From positions 1 through 46,367 of the forward strand of contig JBBRNJ010000071.1 in the NCBI GenBank assembly GCA_038230375.1: DNA of 46,367 nt, in the 5' to 3' direction. Positions 9,545-20,500 of the stretch are shown here, piece after piece. The stretch's first letter is position 1; each line of letters starts with the position of its first letter. The position numbers were made by a program, and so were the translations under genes. The notes under the pieces were generated by a model. That model made no database searches. It worked only from the letters and a program-made list of their open reading frames with translations, and was not told where the DNA came from. The DNA comes from Polyangiales bacterium. GTDB lineage: Bacteria > Myxococcota_A > Polyangia > Polyangiales > Polyangiaceae.

Positions 9545-10171
9545 CTACCAGTCGCCGCCACCGCCAGAGTCACCACCACCACCGGAGTCGCCGCCGCCGC
9601 CCCAGTCGGAGCCGCCGGCGTCACCTGCGCTGCCTGCGTCGGATTCGCCCGAGGAGCCGGACCAGTCACTGCCGCCGCTGTTGCTGTTGTCGTAGGTGTT
9701 GTTGTCCCACGAGTTGCCGCTGCCGCCCCACGAGTGGTGATGGTGTGGCGCGTCGTTCGAGTACCAGGAGTGCGTGACGGCAGACCCCGCAGCCGCGCCC
9801 AGGAACGAAGCGGCGATGTTCCCGACGACACCTGCAGTCTGCATGTGTTGCTGATGCTGCTGTTGCTGCTGCATCGCCTGCTTGCGCTGCATCGCGCCCT
9901 GGAACGGCTGCTGACACGCGAGGCACGCGCTCTGGTTGTGCGGCGAGAGCGCGCCACAGAATACGCAGGCTACGATGAGCCACGCGGCGCATGGGGCGCA
10001 TTTCTGGCGGCCCCAGCGGTTTGGTTGCCTGCACTGGGGGCAGGGAATCGCGCTCTGGAGTAGCACTGGAGAGATGGCGTTCTTGCAGTAGCGGCACATG
10101 ACGAGCTCGCCGTCATCCGGCGCGCCGCAGCTACCACACCGAGCTTGCGAATTCGGCGGTTGCATCGTCAT
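9545..10171 (-). CDS. Multi-zinc-ribbon protein with Gly/Ser/Asp-rich tail
   Basis: Six CxxC pairs (CGSC, CRYC, CPQC, CAPC, CVFC, CLAC), poly-Q, a hydrophobic Gly/Ala segment, and a GGGDSGGGGDW tail. Confidence 0.75.
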   Translation of the reverse strand: MTMQPPNSQARCGSCGAPDDGELVMCRYCKNAISPVLLQSAIPCPQCRQPNRWGRQKCAPCAAWLIVACVFCGALSPHNQSACLACQQPFQGAMQRKQAMQQQQQHQQHMQTAGVVGNIAASFLGAAAGSAVTHSWYSNDAPHHHHSWGGSGNSWDNNTYDNSNSGGSDWSGSSGESDAGSAGDAGGSDWGGGGDSGGGGDSGGGGDW

Positions 10172-10181
10172 CCATCGTAGC

Positions 10182-10994
10182 TCACTGGCCAGCGGCGCGC
10201 CTTGCCATCTCTTTCGTGATGAGCCGGAACGGGCCAGGAAGGGTGCGTGCCAGGAAGGATGCAAACTGCACGTATGTGCTGGTCTCCACCACGGCCCGCG
10301 TCTTCTCCACCGCGTTCACGGTCTTCTCGGCCACCTGGTCCGCCGTCTGCGGCCCGCGGCTCCCGGGGCGGAAGCCGGTGTTGCCGTCAACGTTGACCGC
10401 GTTGGTCTTGAACGGCGTATCCACGGGGCCCGGTCGCACGACCACGACCTTCACGCCGCGCGCCGCGACCTCTGCGCGTAACGCCATGGAGAGCGCCTCG
10501 AGGGCGAACTTGCTCGCCGCGTACGCGCCCATGCGTGGCGCGGAGACCACGCCGGCGATCGAGGACATCATGACGACGGTGCCGCGCGACTTCTCCAGCT
10601 CCGGCAATGCGAGCTGCGACAGTCGCAGCGGCGCGAACACGTTCAGCTCGAACAGCAGCGCGAGCTCGTCGGGGGCGATCTTCTCCACGGGCGCATAGAA
10701 GCCGCGCCCCGCGTTGTTCACCAGCACGTCGATGCGGCCGCATGCCTCGAGCGCACGCTCCACGATGCGCACGCGATGAATCTCTCGCGTGACGTCCGCC
10801 GCCACGATCACCGCGGTCCCGCCCCGCGCCGAGACATCACGCGACACCGAGGTCAGCCCCTCCTCATCACGCGCGGCGAGTACGACCGTTGCGCCGCGGC
10901 GCGCCCATGCGAGCGCGAGCGAACGACCGATGCCGCTCGAGGCCCCTGTGATGATGACGACGGGGCGAGGGTCAGCCATTGATGCGTGCTCCAA
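10182..10994 (-). CDS. Short-chain dehydrogenase/reductase
   Basis: TGASSGIG, NNAG and YAASK motifs; the start may be a few codons downstream. Confidence 0.92.
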   Translation of the reverse strand: MEHASMADPRPVVIITGASSGIGRSLALAWARRGATVVLAARDEEGLTSVSRDVSARGGTAVIVAADVTREIHRVRIVERALEACGRIDVLVNNAGRGFYAPVEKIAPDELALLFELNVFAPLRLSQLALPELEKSRGTVVMMSSIAGVVSAPRMGAYAASKFALEALSMALRAEVAARGVKVVVVRPGPVDTPFKTNAVNVDGNTGFRPGSRGPQTADQVAEKTVNAVEKTRAVVETSTYVQFASFLARTLPGPFRLITKEMARRAAGQ

Positions 10995-11023
10995 CGCTCA
11001 TGCGAGTCTGGACTCTTGGCGAC

Positions 11024-11995
11024 CTACTCAGGACGAAGATAGCCGGACTTCAGGAGCTTCTGCAGCATCTGCACCGTCTCGAGATCCGTCGACTGCGCCT
11101 TGTTGAGCACGGTCTCCACGTGCCCATAGTTGTGCGCGAGCTGGATGATGTCGAGCTCCTCGGGTTTCAGATCACGAAGCGGGGCCGCGAGCGGGATGTT
11201 GATGATGAGGCGCGTGTTGAGATCCGGAAGATCGTTGCGCAGCTCGTTGAACTCGTCGAGCTGGCGGAGGCCCTCCATGAGGACCTCCTGCACGGAGCAG
11301 TCGATCTCGTTCGGGAACTGTCGCTCGTCCGGCGGCTCGAGATCGAAGAGGCCCTTCTGCCACGTGAGCATCCGGAAGATGCTCTTCATGGGCGGGACCT
11401 CGTCGAGGTCGTTGATCGTCGCGTAGTAGATCGAGCCCTTCCGCAGGAAGATGCGGCCGATGTCGTCCTCGGTGCGGATGGCAAGCACGCCGCTCTTCTT
11501 GGACGTGCCGAACAGCTGCAGAAGGTCCGGGAGCGGCACCTCTTCGATGCTGCCGGACATGGTGCGCGTGTTGGTCTTGCGCTGCTCGCCTACGTTCTCG
11601 AGCTTTCGCTTCGCGGCGTCCGTGCTCTCTTGCACGAGCTCAGCGCCGCCGGCGATCACCTTGAGGATGCTGGTGCCGATGAGGACGCGGTCGCCTTCCT
11701 TGAGCCGTGCGCGCTTGATCTTCTCGCCGTTGACGAACGTGCCGTTCGTGGAGCCCAGATCCTCGATCCAGATCTGGTCCGCCTGCATGGCAATGCGGGC
11801 GTGCTTGCGGCTCACCATGTCCTCGACCAGCACCATGTCGAGGTCGCTCGAGCGCCCGACGATGATCTGCTTTTCCGGAACGATCGGAAATTCACCGCCC
11901 TGGTACTTTCCGCTGATGAAGCGGAGTACAAAGGTCCGGGTCCTGGGGCCCGAGCCGGTGGTCGGCGCCTTTTGCGCGGTGTCGTTCATGGACAC
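11024..11995 (-). CDS. FHA domain + DUF4388 protein
   Basis: GRSS..VSRKHA..DLGSTNGTFVNG (FHA), then MSGSIEEVPLPDLLQLF..KSGVL (DUF4388). Confidence 0.9.
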   Translation of the reverse strand: MSMNDTAQKAPTTGSGPRTRTFVLRFISGKYQGGEFPIVPEKQIIVGRSSDLDMVLVEDMVSRKHARIAMQADQIWIEDLGSTNGTFVNGEKIKRARLKEGDRVLIGTSILKVIAGGAELVQESTDAAKRKLENVGEQRKTNTRTMSGSIEEVPLPDLLQLFGTSKKSGVLAIRTEDDIGRIFLRKGSIYYATINDLDEVPPMKSIFRMLTWQKGLFDLEPPDERQFPNEIDCSVQEVLMEGLRQLDEFNELRNDLPDLNTRLIINIPLAAPLRDLKPEELDIIQLAHNYGHVETVLNKAQSTDLETVQMLQKLLKSGYLRPE

Positions 11996-12196
11996 AGGAG
12001 GCTTGCGGCTTGCGTCTTGCGGGGTTTCACGGGGTTAGCGAGCGATTGGCGAGTGCAGTGCTGACGGCTGAAATCGCACCTTTTAGAGTAACGAGGATGC
12101 GCAAAGCTGGTCAAGTCGCGGTATGACGATTCCACCGATGACGGCACTTATGCAAGCACCATTGAGTGTAGGCGGTGCTCGCCCGGTCGAGGCGGC

Positions 12197-13276
12197 ATGA
12201 GTGCCACAGCCCCTTCGCCGGTTCCCACCAGCCCGCTGCCCGCAGATCCATTCGGAACGCACCGCGCGCTGGAGCCGAAAGGCGCGCTCCCGCAGCCAGC
12301 ATGGCGGGTCGACAACGATTTCTCCCGGCTTTTCCACGGTGAGATGCTCATCTCCGTCGCCACCCTCAACGTGGATGCGGCGAGCTTCCGTCAGATGGAA
12401 GAGGGTGAAGGGGGCGCGGATGATCAGGTAGTCATCGCGCGCGTACTCGAAACGATCCAGAAACGCGGGAAGCAACACAACCCGGTAACGGGGTCGGGAG
12501 GCATGCTCCTCGGCTCCGTCAGACAGCTCGCCGCTGGGCGGATCGACGAAGGAAAGATCGTCGCGGGCGCTCGCGTCGCCACGCTGGTGTCGCTCTCGCT
12601 CACGCCGCTCAAGGTGGAGAAGGTGCTCGCGGTGCGTCGTCCGAGCGCGCAGCTGGACGTGGTCGGTGAAGCGGTCATCTTCGCGTCCAGTCCGTATGCC
12701 CGCATCCCCAGTGACATCGCGGAGCGGCTTGCGTTGGCGGTGCTGGACGTCGCGGGTGCAGCGCCGCAGGTCGCGCGCCTCGTCAAGCCCGGCACCAGCG
12801 TGCTCGTGCTCGGCGCGGGCGGCAAGAGCGGCATTCTCTGCGCGGCAGAGGCGCGGCGCACCGGTGGTGCCGGCACACGCATCATTGGCGTGGAGAGCTA
12901 CGAGACCTACGCCACGGAGCTCCGCGAGCTTGGCATCTGCGATCAGGTGCTCTCGCTCGACGCGCGCGACCCGGTGAGCGTTCGCAACGCGGTGTTGCAG
13001 GCGAACGGCGGCAAGGAGGTGGACCTGAGCTTCTCCTGCGTGAACGTGCAGGACACGGAGATGAGCGCCATCCTGCCCGTGCGCGATCGCGGCATCGCGT
13101 ACATGTTCGCCATGTCCACGAGCTTCACGAAGGCCGCGCTCGGCGCAGAGGGCGTGGGCAAGGACGTGGACCTGATGATCGGCAATGGCTACGCGAACGG
13201 CCACGCCGAGCACTCGCTCTCCATGATGCGCAGCATGCCGAGCGTGCGCGCGCTGTTCGAGCGCCGGTACGGGTAG
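12197..13276 (+). CDS. kdd: L-erythro-3,5-diaminohexanoate dehydrogenase
   Basis: PFGTHR, LPQPAW, LNVDAASF, RGKQHNPVTGSGGML, DVAGA and AALGAEGVGKD motifs of Kdd. Confidence 0.9.
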   Translation: MSATAPSPVPTSPLPADPFGTHRALEPKGALPQPAWRVDNDFSRLFHGEMLISVATLNVDAASFRQMEEGEGGADDQVVIARVLETIQKRGKQHNPVTGSGGMLLGSVRQLAAGRIDEGKIVAGARVATLVSLSLTPLKVEKVLAVRRPSAQLDVVGEAVIFASSPYARIPSDIAERLALAVLDVAGAAPQVARLVKPGTSVLVLGAGGKSGILCAAEARRTGGAGTRIIGVESYETYATELRELGICDQVLSLDARDPVSVRNAVLQANGGKEVDLSFSCVNVQDTEMSAILPVRDRGIAYMFAMSTSFTKAALGAEGVGKDVDLMIGNGYANGHAEHSLSMMRSMPSVRALFERRYG

Positions 13277-13300
13277 ACCCCGATAGAGGAGAAACGGAAC

Positions 13301-14968
13301 ATGAGCATTCGTCCGATCGAAGATGTCGCCAAGGACCTGGGGCTCTCTTCCGCGGACTGGGAACCGTACGGCCGCAGCAAGGCCAAGCTGGAGCTCTCGG
13401 TCCTCACGAAGCCTGCGCGCGCGAAGGGGCGGCTCATCCTCGTGTCAGCGGTAAACCCCACGCCCGCGGGCGAGGGCAAGACCACCACGTCGATCGGGCT
13501 CGCGATGGGTATGCGCAAGCTCGGCAAGAATGCCGTCCTCGCGCTTCGCGAGCCGTCGCTCGGTCCGGTGTTCGGCGTGAAGGGCGGAGGCACGGGCGGC
13601 GGTAAGGCGTCCCTCTTCCCCGCGGACGACATCAACCTGCACTTCACGGGGGACATCCACGCCATCACCACCGCGCACAATCTTCTCTCGGCGATCGTCG
13701 ACAATTCGGCTTATTTTCGCGATGAAAACGGCGGCGTCGGCGTGATTGACCCCAGGCAGATCACCTGGGGACGCGCGCTGGACATGAACGATCGCTTCCT
13801 GCGCAACTGCATCGTGGGCCTTGGCGGAAAGTCGCACGGCATCCCGCGCGAGGAGCGCTTCGACATCACGGCCGCCAGCGAGATCATGGCGGTCATCGCG
13901 CTTGCCACGAGCTACGAGGATCTCGAGGCGCGCCTTGGCAACATTGTCATCGGCAGCACGTACGACGGCTCCGCGGTGCGCGCGCGCGACGTCTCTGCCC
14001 ACTCCGCCATGACGGCGGTCCTCCGCGACGCGCTGCGGCCGAACCTGGTGCAGACCATGGAGGGCGGCCCCGCGATCGTCCACGCAGGACCGTTCGGCAA
14101 CATCGCGCACGGCTGCAACAGCGTGCTCGCCACCCGCCTTGCGATCTCGCTCGGTGACTACGCGATCACGGAGGCGGGCTTTGGCTTCGACCTGGGCGGC
14201 GAGAAGTTCCTGAACATCAAGTGCCGCCAGGCGGGCATCTGGCCGCGCGCCATGGTCCTCGTGGCCACGCTGCGCGCGCTCAAGATGCATGGCGGCGCCT
14301 CCGTGAAGACCTGCGGCGAGCCGAACAGATCTGCGCTGGAGGCGGGCCTCCCGCACCTCGAGAAACACTTGCAGAATGCACGCACCTTCGGGCTCACCGC
14401 GGTGGTCGCGGTGAACGCATTCCCGAACGACACAGAGGAGGAGCTCGCACTGGTGGAGGGCGCCGTACAGAAGCTGGGTGCTCGCTTCGCGCGCTGTCTT
14501 GGCTTCGCGAAGGGCGGGGAGGGCGCCACGGAGCTCGCGCGCGTGGTCACCGAGGTCGTGGACGCAACGGACGCCGCGCCCCCCATCGCGAAGTACGTCT
14601 ACGAGCTCACTGATCCGCCGAAGGAGAAGATCCGCAAGATCGCGCAGACCATCTACGGCGCGAAGGACGTGATCTTCAGCGGCTCTTCCGAGAAGGATCT
14701 CGAGCGAGCCATGAAGCTGGGCGCAGCCGAGTACCCGGTCTGCATGGCAAAGACCCAGCTCTCGCTCTCCGACGATCCTACGCGCTACGGCCGCCCGCAA
14801 GACTTCACCGTCAACGTGCGCGAGGTCCGCCTCTCCGCGGGAGCCGGCTTCATCGTCCCCCTCACGGGCGACATGATGACGATGCCAGGCCTGCCAAAGG
14901 TCCCCGCCGCGCGGAACGTGAAGCTACTACCCGACGGAAAAATCAAGGGCCTGATGCAAAACGACTGA
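13301..14968 (+). CDS. fhs: Formate--tetrahydrofolate ligase
   Basis: PTPAGEGKTT, REPSLGP, GPFGNIAHG, TEAGFG and MTMPGLP; 555 aa. Confidence 0.97.
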   Translation: MSIRPIEDVAKDLGLSSADWEPYGRSKAKLELSVLTKPARAKGRLILVSAVNPTPAGEGKTTTSIGLAMGMRKLGKNAVLALREPSLGPVFGVKGGGTGGGKASLFPADDINLHFTGDIHAITTAHNLLSAIVDNSAYFRDENGGVGVIDPRQITWGRALDMNDRFLRNCIVGLGGKSHGIPREERFDITAASEIMAVIALATSYEDLEARLGNIVIGSTYDGSAVRARDVSAHSAMTAVLRDALRPNLVQTMEGGPAIVHAGPFGNIAHGCNSVLATRLAISLGDYAITEAGFGFDLGGEKFLNIKCRQAGIWPRAMVLVATLRALKMHGGASVKTCGEPNRSALEAGLPHLEKHLQNARTFGLTAVVAVNAFPNDTEEELALVEGAVQKLGARFARCLGFAKGGEGATELARVVTEVVDATDAAPPIAKYVYELTDPPKEKIRKIAQTIYGAKDVIFSGSSEKDLERAMKLGAAEYPVCMAKTQLSLSDDPTRYGRPQDFTVNVREVRLSAGAGFIVPLTGDMMTMPGLPKVPAARNVKLLPDGKIKGLMQND

Positions 14969-14974
14969 CCCCGC

Positions 14975-17179
14975 TTACTTTCCGGCCGTGGTCGTGACGG
15001 TGGCCGCCGGTTCGGCTGGGGTGGGCATTGGGGTTGTGAGCTCCGTCACTCCGGGTAGGACGATCGTGAACTTGGTGCCGGCGCCGGATTGGCTCTGCAC
15101 TTCGATCGTGCCGCCTGCGTTCTGGATCAGGCGCTGGCTGATCGCGAGCCCCAGACCTGTGCCCTGATCCTTGGTCGTGAAGAACGGAATGAAGAGGTTC
15201 TTGAGGACCTTGGGAGCGATGCCGGGGCCGGTGTCGCGCACGCTCACCTCGATCACCTCCGCGGCGGCCTCCATCTTCGCGTTGTTGGCGCGCTCTGCCA
15301 TCGTGCGATCGCTGCGGTCTCCGCGGTCTCCGCGTTCGCTGGCGGGGGTCGCCGAGGACGCATATTCGCCGCGCGCCGCGCGCCGTCTCGCGGTCGTGAC
15401 GGACACGCGCCCGTGTCCATCCATGGCCTGGATGGCGTTCTGCACCAGGTTGATGAGCACCTGACGAAACTGCTCAGCATCGATCTTGGCGAGCGGCAGC
15501 GACGGCGAGAGCTCCACCTGCAGGTCCACGTCCGTCGACTGCTGACTGGAGAGGATCTGCACGGTGCGCTTCACCGCTGCATTGATGTCGATGGGCGCGG
15601 GGTTGCCGGAGCGCGGTCGCGCGTAGTCCAGGAAGCTTCCGACGACACGGTTCAGGCGATCCGTCTCCTCCAGGATGATGCTGAGGAACTCCTTCGCGGA
15701 TGCATCGCCGGGCGCCTCCTCGAGCAGCTGCGCCGCCCCCTTGATCGCGCCGAGCGGGTTCTTCACCTCGTGCGCAAGGCCGGCGGCCATGGAGCCCAGC
15801 GCGGCCAGACGATCGCGCTCCTTCATGCGCGCGTAGATACGGCTGTTCGCGATGGCGATGCCCATCTGCGACGCGACGTTCTCGATGAGCGCGAGCTCCT
15901 CCGGTGTGAATGCCTCGCGCACGCGATCGTCAACGATGGCAAGGAGACCCTGGAGGTCGTCGCCGTCGCTGCGAACTGCGAACAGCGCGCCGCGCTCGAA
16001 CGGTCCCAGCATGGTCGCGGCAGCGAGGACCGGCGCGTCCTTTCCCGGCTGCGGGGCCACGCGCATCGCGATCTCTTCGAGCGACAGCGTCGTCTTCAGC
16101 CGATCGAGAATGGGGCGAATCGCGATCGATTCGAGTCGCTTGTTCGGCTGCGCGCCGAGCGAGCCCGCAAGGTCGAAGCCGTCGCCGTCGCTGTCGATCA
16201 AGTAGATGGCAGCGCTGGTCACGCGCCGCGACCGCTCGAGGCCAGAGAGCACGGTGTCGACCATCTCCTCGGCCTCGAGGGCGTGCGCGAGCCGCTTGCG
16301 CAGGTCGGTCACGCTGGTCTCAAGGTCGTAGCGCTCGCGGAAGAAGAACTGGTGCACGCGTGAGCGCACCTGATCTTGCAGCGGCTCGAAGAGCACCAGG
16401 AACACGATCGATGCGAGCACCGCGTTCAGGTACATCGTGCCGAGCGCTCCGACGTACGTGATGAAGCAATAGAAGATGCCGGCAAGCGCGAACGCCAGCA
16501 GCGTCGACACCATCAGCCGGCCCGACAGCTCGTAGATGTCCGCCATGCGCGGGCGCGCGAGCGACTCGGAGAGCACGAAGAGGAAGACAATGGCGAGCAC
16601 CGCGCCGATCGGCGGGAACTGCACGCCGAAGAACACGATGAAGTCCGCCAGCGTGAACGTGCATGCCAGCGCTCCTGTGGCGACCAGGAAGCGCACGCGA
16701 TCACGCACCGCGCGCGACGAGCTCTTCTGGCCCTGCCGCGCGAGCGACACCAGCGCCGCGAGCAAGAACCCGAAGACGTAGGAGTAGATGAGGATGCGCG
16801 CGATCGGGTGCTCGCGGTATGGCGACACGCCGAGCGCCAGCATGGGGATGCCCACGAACAGCGCGCTCCGCCGCATGCGCGCGCTCTTCTGCACGGCAGG
16901 ATTCGCTCCAGCGGCGCCTTGCTCCACCGGAACGATCGAGTCGAACAGGTGAACTGCGAACTGTGGCAGGAGCACCGTGAATGCGACGGTGGCGCGGTAC
17001 CAGATCTCCGAGCGAAGGAATCCGGCGAGCGACTGGCTCGTGTACCAGAAGGCCACGGTCGTCGCGAAAGCAGCAAACAGGAGGTGAACCGCGCGACGAC
17101 CACGGAGGAGCATCGAGAGCGCGATTGCAAATGCAAGAACGCCGCAGAAGAGCGTCGTTCGTGCACGCAAATCTTCCAC
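14975..17179 (-). CDS. Multi-TM GAF sensor histidine kinase (NtrB-like core)
   Basis: Hydrophobic N-terminal region, GAF-like region, AHEVKNPL H-box, NLVQNA, DTGPG, PFFTTK and GTGLGL. Confidence 0.93.
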   Translation of the reverse strand: MEDLRARTTLFCGVLAFAIALSMLLRGRRAVHLLFAAFATTVAFWYTSQSLAGFLRSEIWYRATVAFTVLLPQFAVHLFDSIVPVEQGAAGANPAVQKSARMRRSALFVGIPMLALGVSPYREHPIARILIYSYVFGFLLAALVSLARQGQKSSSRAVRDRVRFLVATGALACTFTLADFIVFFGVQFPPIGAVLAIVFLFVLSESLARPRMADIYELSGRLMVSTLLAFALAGIFYCFITYVGALGTMYLNAVLASIVFLVLFEPLQDQVRSRVHQFFFRERYDLETSVTDLRKRLAHALEAEEMVDTVLSGLERSRRVTSAAIYLIDSDGDGFDLAGSLGAQPNKRLESIAIRPILDRLKTTLSLEEIAMRVAPQPGKDAPVLAAATMLGPFERGALFAVRSDGDDLQGLLAIVDDRVREAFTPEELALIENVASQMGIAIANSRIYARMKERDRLAALGSMAAGLAHEVKNPLGAIKGAAQLLEEAPGDASAKEFLSIILEETDRLNRVVGSFLDYARPRSGNPAPIDINAAVKRTVQILSSQQSTDVDLQVELSPSLPLAKIDAEQFRQVLINLVQNAIQAMDGHGRVSVTTARRRAARGEYASSATPASERGDRGDRSDRTMAERANNAKMEAAAEVIEVSVRDTGPGIAPKVLKNLFIPFFTTKDQGTGLGLAISQRLIQNAGGTIEVQSQSGAGTKFTIVLPGVTELTTPMPTPAEPAATVTTTAGK

Positions 17180-17206
17180 GGCGTTACTCGGCGGCTATCG
17201 CCCCGC

Positions 17207-17569
17207 TCAGCGCTTCTGGTTGTTTGGGTCCGAGGGATCCGGGTTGGGATTCCAGGGCTGCGGCTGCGGCTGGTTCGGGTCGTCCGAGCCTGCCTGATCG
17301 CCGGTGCGCCAGGGCTGCGGCTGGGGAGTGACACCCTGCTCGGCCACGTGGCGTGGATCCTGAGTGGTGCTCTTGCCGTCGTTTTGCCCCTGCCCCGGGT
17401 CCCTGGTGTCGTTGCCAGAGATGATGCTGTCCACCGACGACGAGACGCCCTCGCGGGTTCCCTCCGTCTGTGAAGAGCCATCCATGGCGCAACCAGAACC
17501 AAGCCCGGTGAGGGCAGCCAATGCGGCAACTGCCGCGACCTTCGTTGACATTGAATACAACCGTTTCAT
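17207..17569 (-). CDS. Small lipoprotein with two PQPQPW motifs
   Basis: ATG overlaps the upstream TGA (TGATG); [27 protein letters not shown] lipobox; 120 aa, polar and probably disordered. Confidence 0.75.
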   Translation of the reverse strand: MKRLYSMSTKVAAVAALAALTGLGSGCAMDGSSQTEGTREGVSSSVDSIISGNDTRDPGQGQNDGKSTTQDPRHVAEQGVTPQPQPWRTGDQAGSDDPNQPQPQPWNPNPDPSDPNNQKR

Positions 17570-20500
17570 CACGCACCCTCCGTGGATGCGGCCATCAGGC
17601 CATACTGCTTCACGAGCTGTGAGAGTCGCGGACGCTTCATCCCAAGAAGCGCGGCGGCTCGCGTAATGTTCCCCTTCGTTTCCCTGAGAGCACGAGCGAT
17701 GCAATCCCGCTCGATCTGACGCTTGATGTCCGTGAGTGACACGGCGCCCTGGCGGACTTGAGCGTACGCCACCGCGGTCGCATTCGCCTCATCTTCGGGC
17801 AGAGAACCGTCACCCTCTTCGTCCGAGTCCTCCGCGAAGGAAGGCGACGAGTTGGCCGCGCCCCCCGAGGAGCTGGCGCCAGAGACTGCGAACGAGCTGC
17901 TGAGGGGAACCAGGCTGGCTCGCAACGTCACGGGACCGCTGCCCGGTCCGCCCGTGTGGGAGATCTGTGCAGACTGTGCGACGGCGCGGAGATCGTCCAC
18001 GTTGGAGACGATGTCCTCTGCCGTGATGATCATTCCATCGGCGAAGAGGGAAACCGCGCGGAGCACGTTCTCGAGCTCGCGGACGTTGCCCGGCCAGCGG
18101 TGGCGGGCGAGCAGCTCGAGAGCCTCGGGGGCGAGCGTCTTGGGAATCTCGTTGCGCTCACCGCCGACCCTGGCAAGGACCGTCTCGGAGATCTTGCCGA
18201 TGTCGCCGATGCGCTGACGCAGGGCGGGCACCTCGAGGGTGATGCCGCGGAGCCGGTAGTACAGGTCCTCGCGGAACTCGCCGCGCTCGACCATGGCCTT
18301 CAGATCGCGGTGCGTGGCGCAGATGACGCGCACGTTGCAGCGAATTTGCGCCGCGCCGCCGACGCGCTCGAACGTGCGCTCCTGGAGGACGCGGAGGAGA
18401 GCGACCTGCGTGCGGGCCGAGATGTCACCGATCTCGTCGAGGAACAGCGTGCCGTTCTCCGCGAGCTCGAAGCGGCCGCGACGACGACCGGACGCGCCGG
18501 TGAATGCGCCCTTCTCGTGACCGAAGAGCTCGGACAGGAGGAGCGTCTCGACGAGTGCGGCGCAGTTGACGGTGACCAGCGGGCCGTTCGCGCGCTCGCT
18601 TGCACGGTGGAGCGCCTCTGCGACGAGCTCCTTGCCAGTTCCGCTCTCGCCGTGGATGAGGACGGTGGCATTGGCGCGCGCGATCTTCACGATCGCGGAC
18701 TTCAGCGCGATCATCTGCGGGTCGTCGCCGACGAGGCGTGACTCGGGGCGCTCGCTCGGACGGAGCGGCGTGTTGCCTTCACGCTGGCGCGCGTCGGGGA
18801 AGAGGGCGTCGGAGAAGCTCGCGGTCAGGCGGCTGAGCGCGACGACATCGGGCTTGGCGAGGAATGCGGTGCGGACCTCGCCGGACAGCGCGTTCGCGAC
18901 CTGGTCACGAACGGCGAGCGCGCGGGTGTGGTGAGCGCGAGCCTCCGCGACATCTCCCTGCTCACAGAAGAGCATGGCGAGGAGCTGGTGTGCCTCACGC
19001 AGAAGGTCCTCGTCGCCGGCCTCACGGGCCAGTGACAGGCCGTGCTCCGCGGCTTCCAGGTTGGGGAGCCCTTGTGCGCGGCCGAGCAGCACGAAGTGGA
19101 TGGCGGTCTCTGCGAGTGCGTCGTTGCGGGTCGAGAGCGAGCGCGAGCGATCGATGTCCGCAGTGGCGCGGGCGACGTCGCCGTCCTCGAGCGCGATGCG
19201 GGCCGACACGCGGAATGCTTCGCCCAGGAACTCACGGTCCTTCGCGGCCTCACCGTCGACGATGGCTTGCGTGATCTCGCGCTTTGCGTCGACCGTATTT
19301 CCGCGGGAGAGAGCGATGCGAGCAGCGACCACCGCGAAGTGCGACGAGCGCGCCGGCGGCATGCCCGGGCCGAGCGCGCGGCGGCCGAAGCGCACCGAGT
19401 GCTCTGCGTGATCGAACAGGCCAAGGCGGTGGCGAAGGTCTGCAAGGTTGCCGAGCACGCGCGCCATGCGGATGCGATCGCCGAGGCGCTGGCGGAGCTT
19501 GACCGCACGCTCCATGAGCGAAAGCGCGTCCATGAACGCGTGGCGGCGGGTGGCAATGACCGCGAGGTTGTCGAGCGCGAAGGCCTGCGCCCGCGCATCC
19601 GAGTTGGTCTCACCCTCGGAGAGGACCGCGGTGAACATGGCCTGCGCCTCGTCCACGAGGCCCTTGGAGAGCAGCGCGATGCCGCGGTTCAGGCGCGCGC
19701 GTAGCTCCGCAGTGCGATCGCCGAGGCGCGAGGCCGCCCACACGTCTTCCGCGAAGTGGGAGTCTGCTTCGTCCCAGCGCGACTCGATGAGGAGCAGCTT
19801 GCCGAGCGTGTTGCGGGCGCGAAGACGGACGTCCTCACGCGTGCTGGGGTTGCAGATCTTGGAGCCGGCCTTGGAGCCGAAGACGATCGACTCGGCAAGC
19901 TCACGGGCGCCGGCGAGATCGCCGTTCTGGTACGAGACCTCTGCGAGCTCTGCGCGCGCGTCCTCGCGTACGTCCTCGGTGCTGGCGAGCTGGGTGGCCT
20001 TGCCGAGCGCGACCTTCGCGGCGACGAGATCGCCGACGCCGACACATGCGCGACCGAGGAGCAACATCACGCCCGCATCCGAGCCGCCGAGCGCCGCTGC
20101 GCACTCGGACCACTTGCGTGCCTCTTCCGACTCACCCGCGGCGATCGCGCGCGTGGCGGAGTTGGTCGCCAGACGAAGGGCGTCTGCGCGAGCGCCTTCG
20201 GCAGTGCCGCTGGACAGCCCGCTGACCCGCGCATACCAACGCGTCACCAGCTCGCGACGGGCCACCGTATCGGCGACCACGGAGATCGCGCGTGCATGCG
20301 CCTGGTCGGCGCGGACCGTGTCGCCCGCGCGGAGCCACAGGTCTGCGGCCTGCGCCATGGCCCAGGGATCGGTCTCGAGCGGGCCCGATCCGGAAGAACC
20401 GATTCCGGCGAAGAGAGCTGCAGCAGCGCCGCAGTCTTCCGCACTTGCCGTGCACGCGAGCTCAGCGGCGATACCTGCGTAAGGCGCATGTATTTCGACG

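Noticed and set aside
7441..9957. 838-aa minus-strand ORF containing DLDLDL
   Set aside because: Antisense to the beta-barrel and S1 genes; the DL run is simply the intergenic hexamer repeat.
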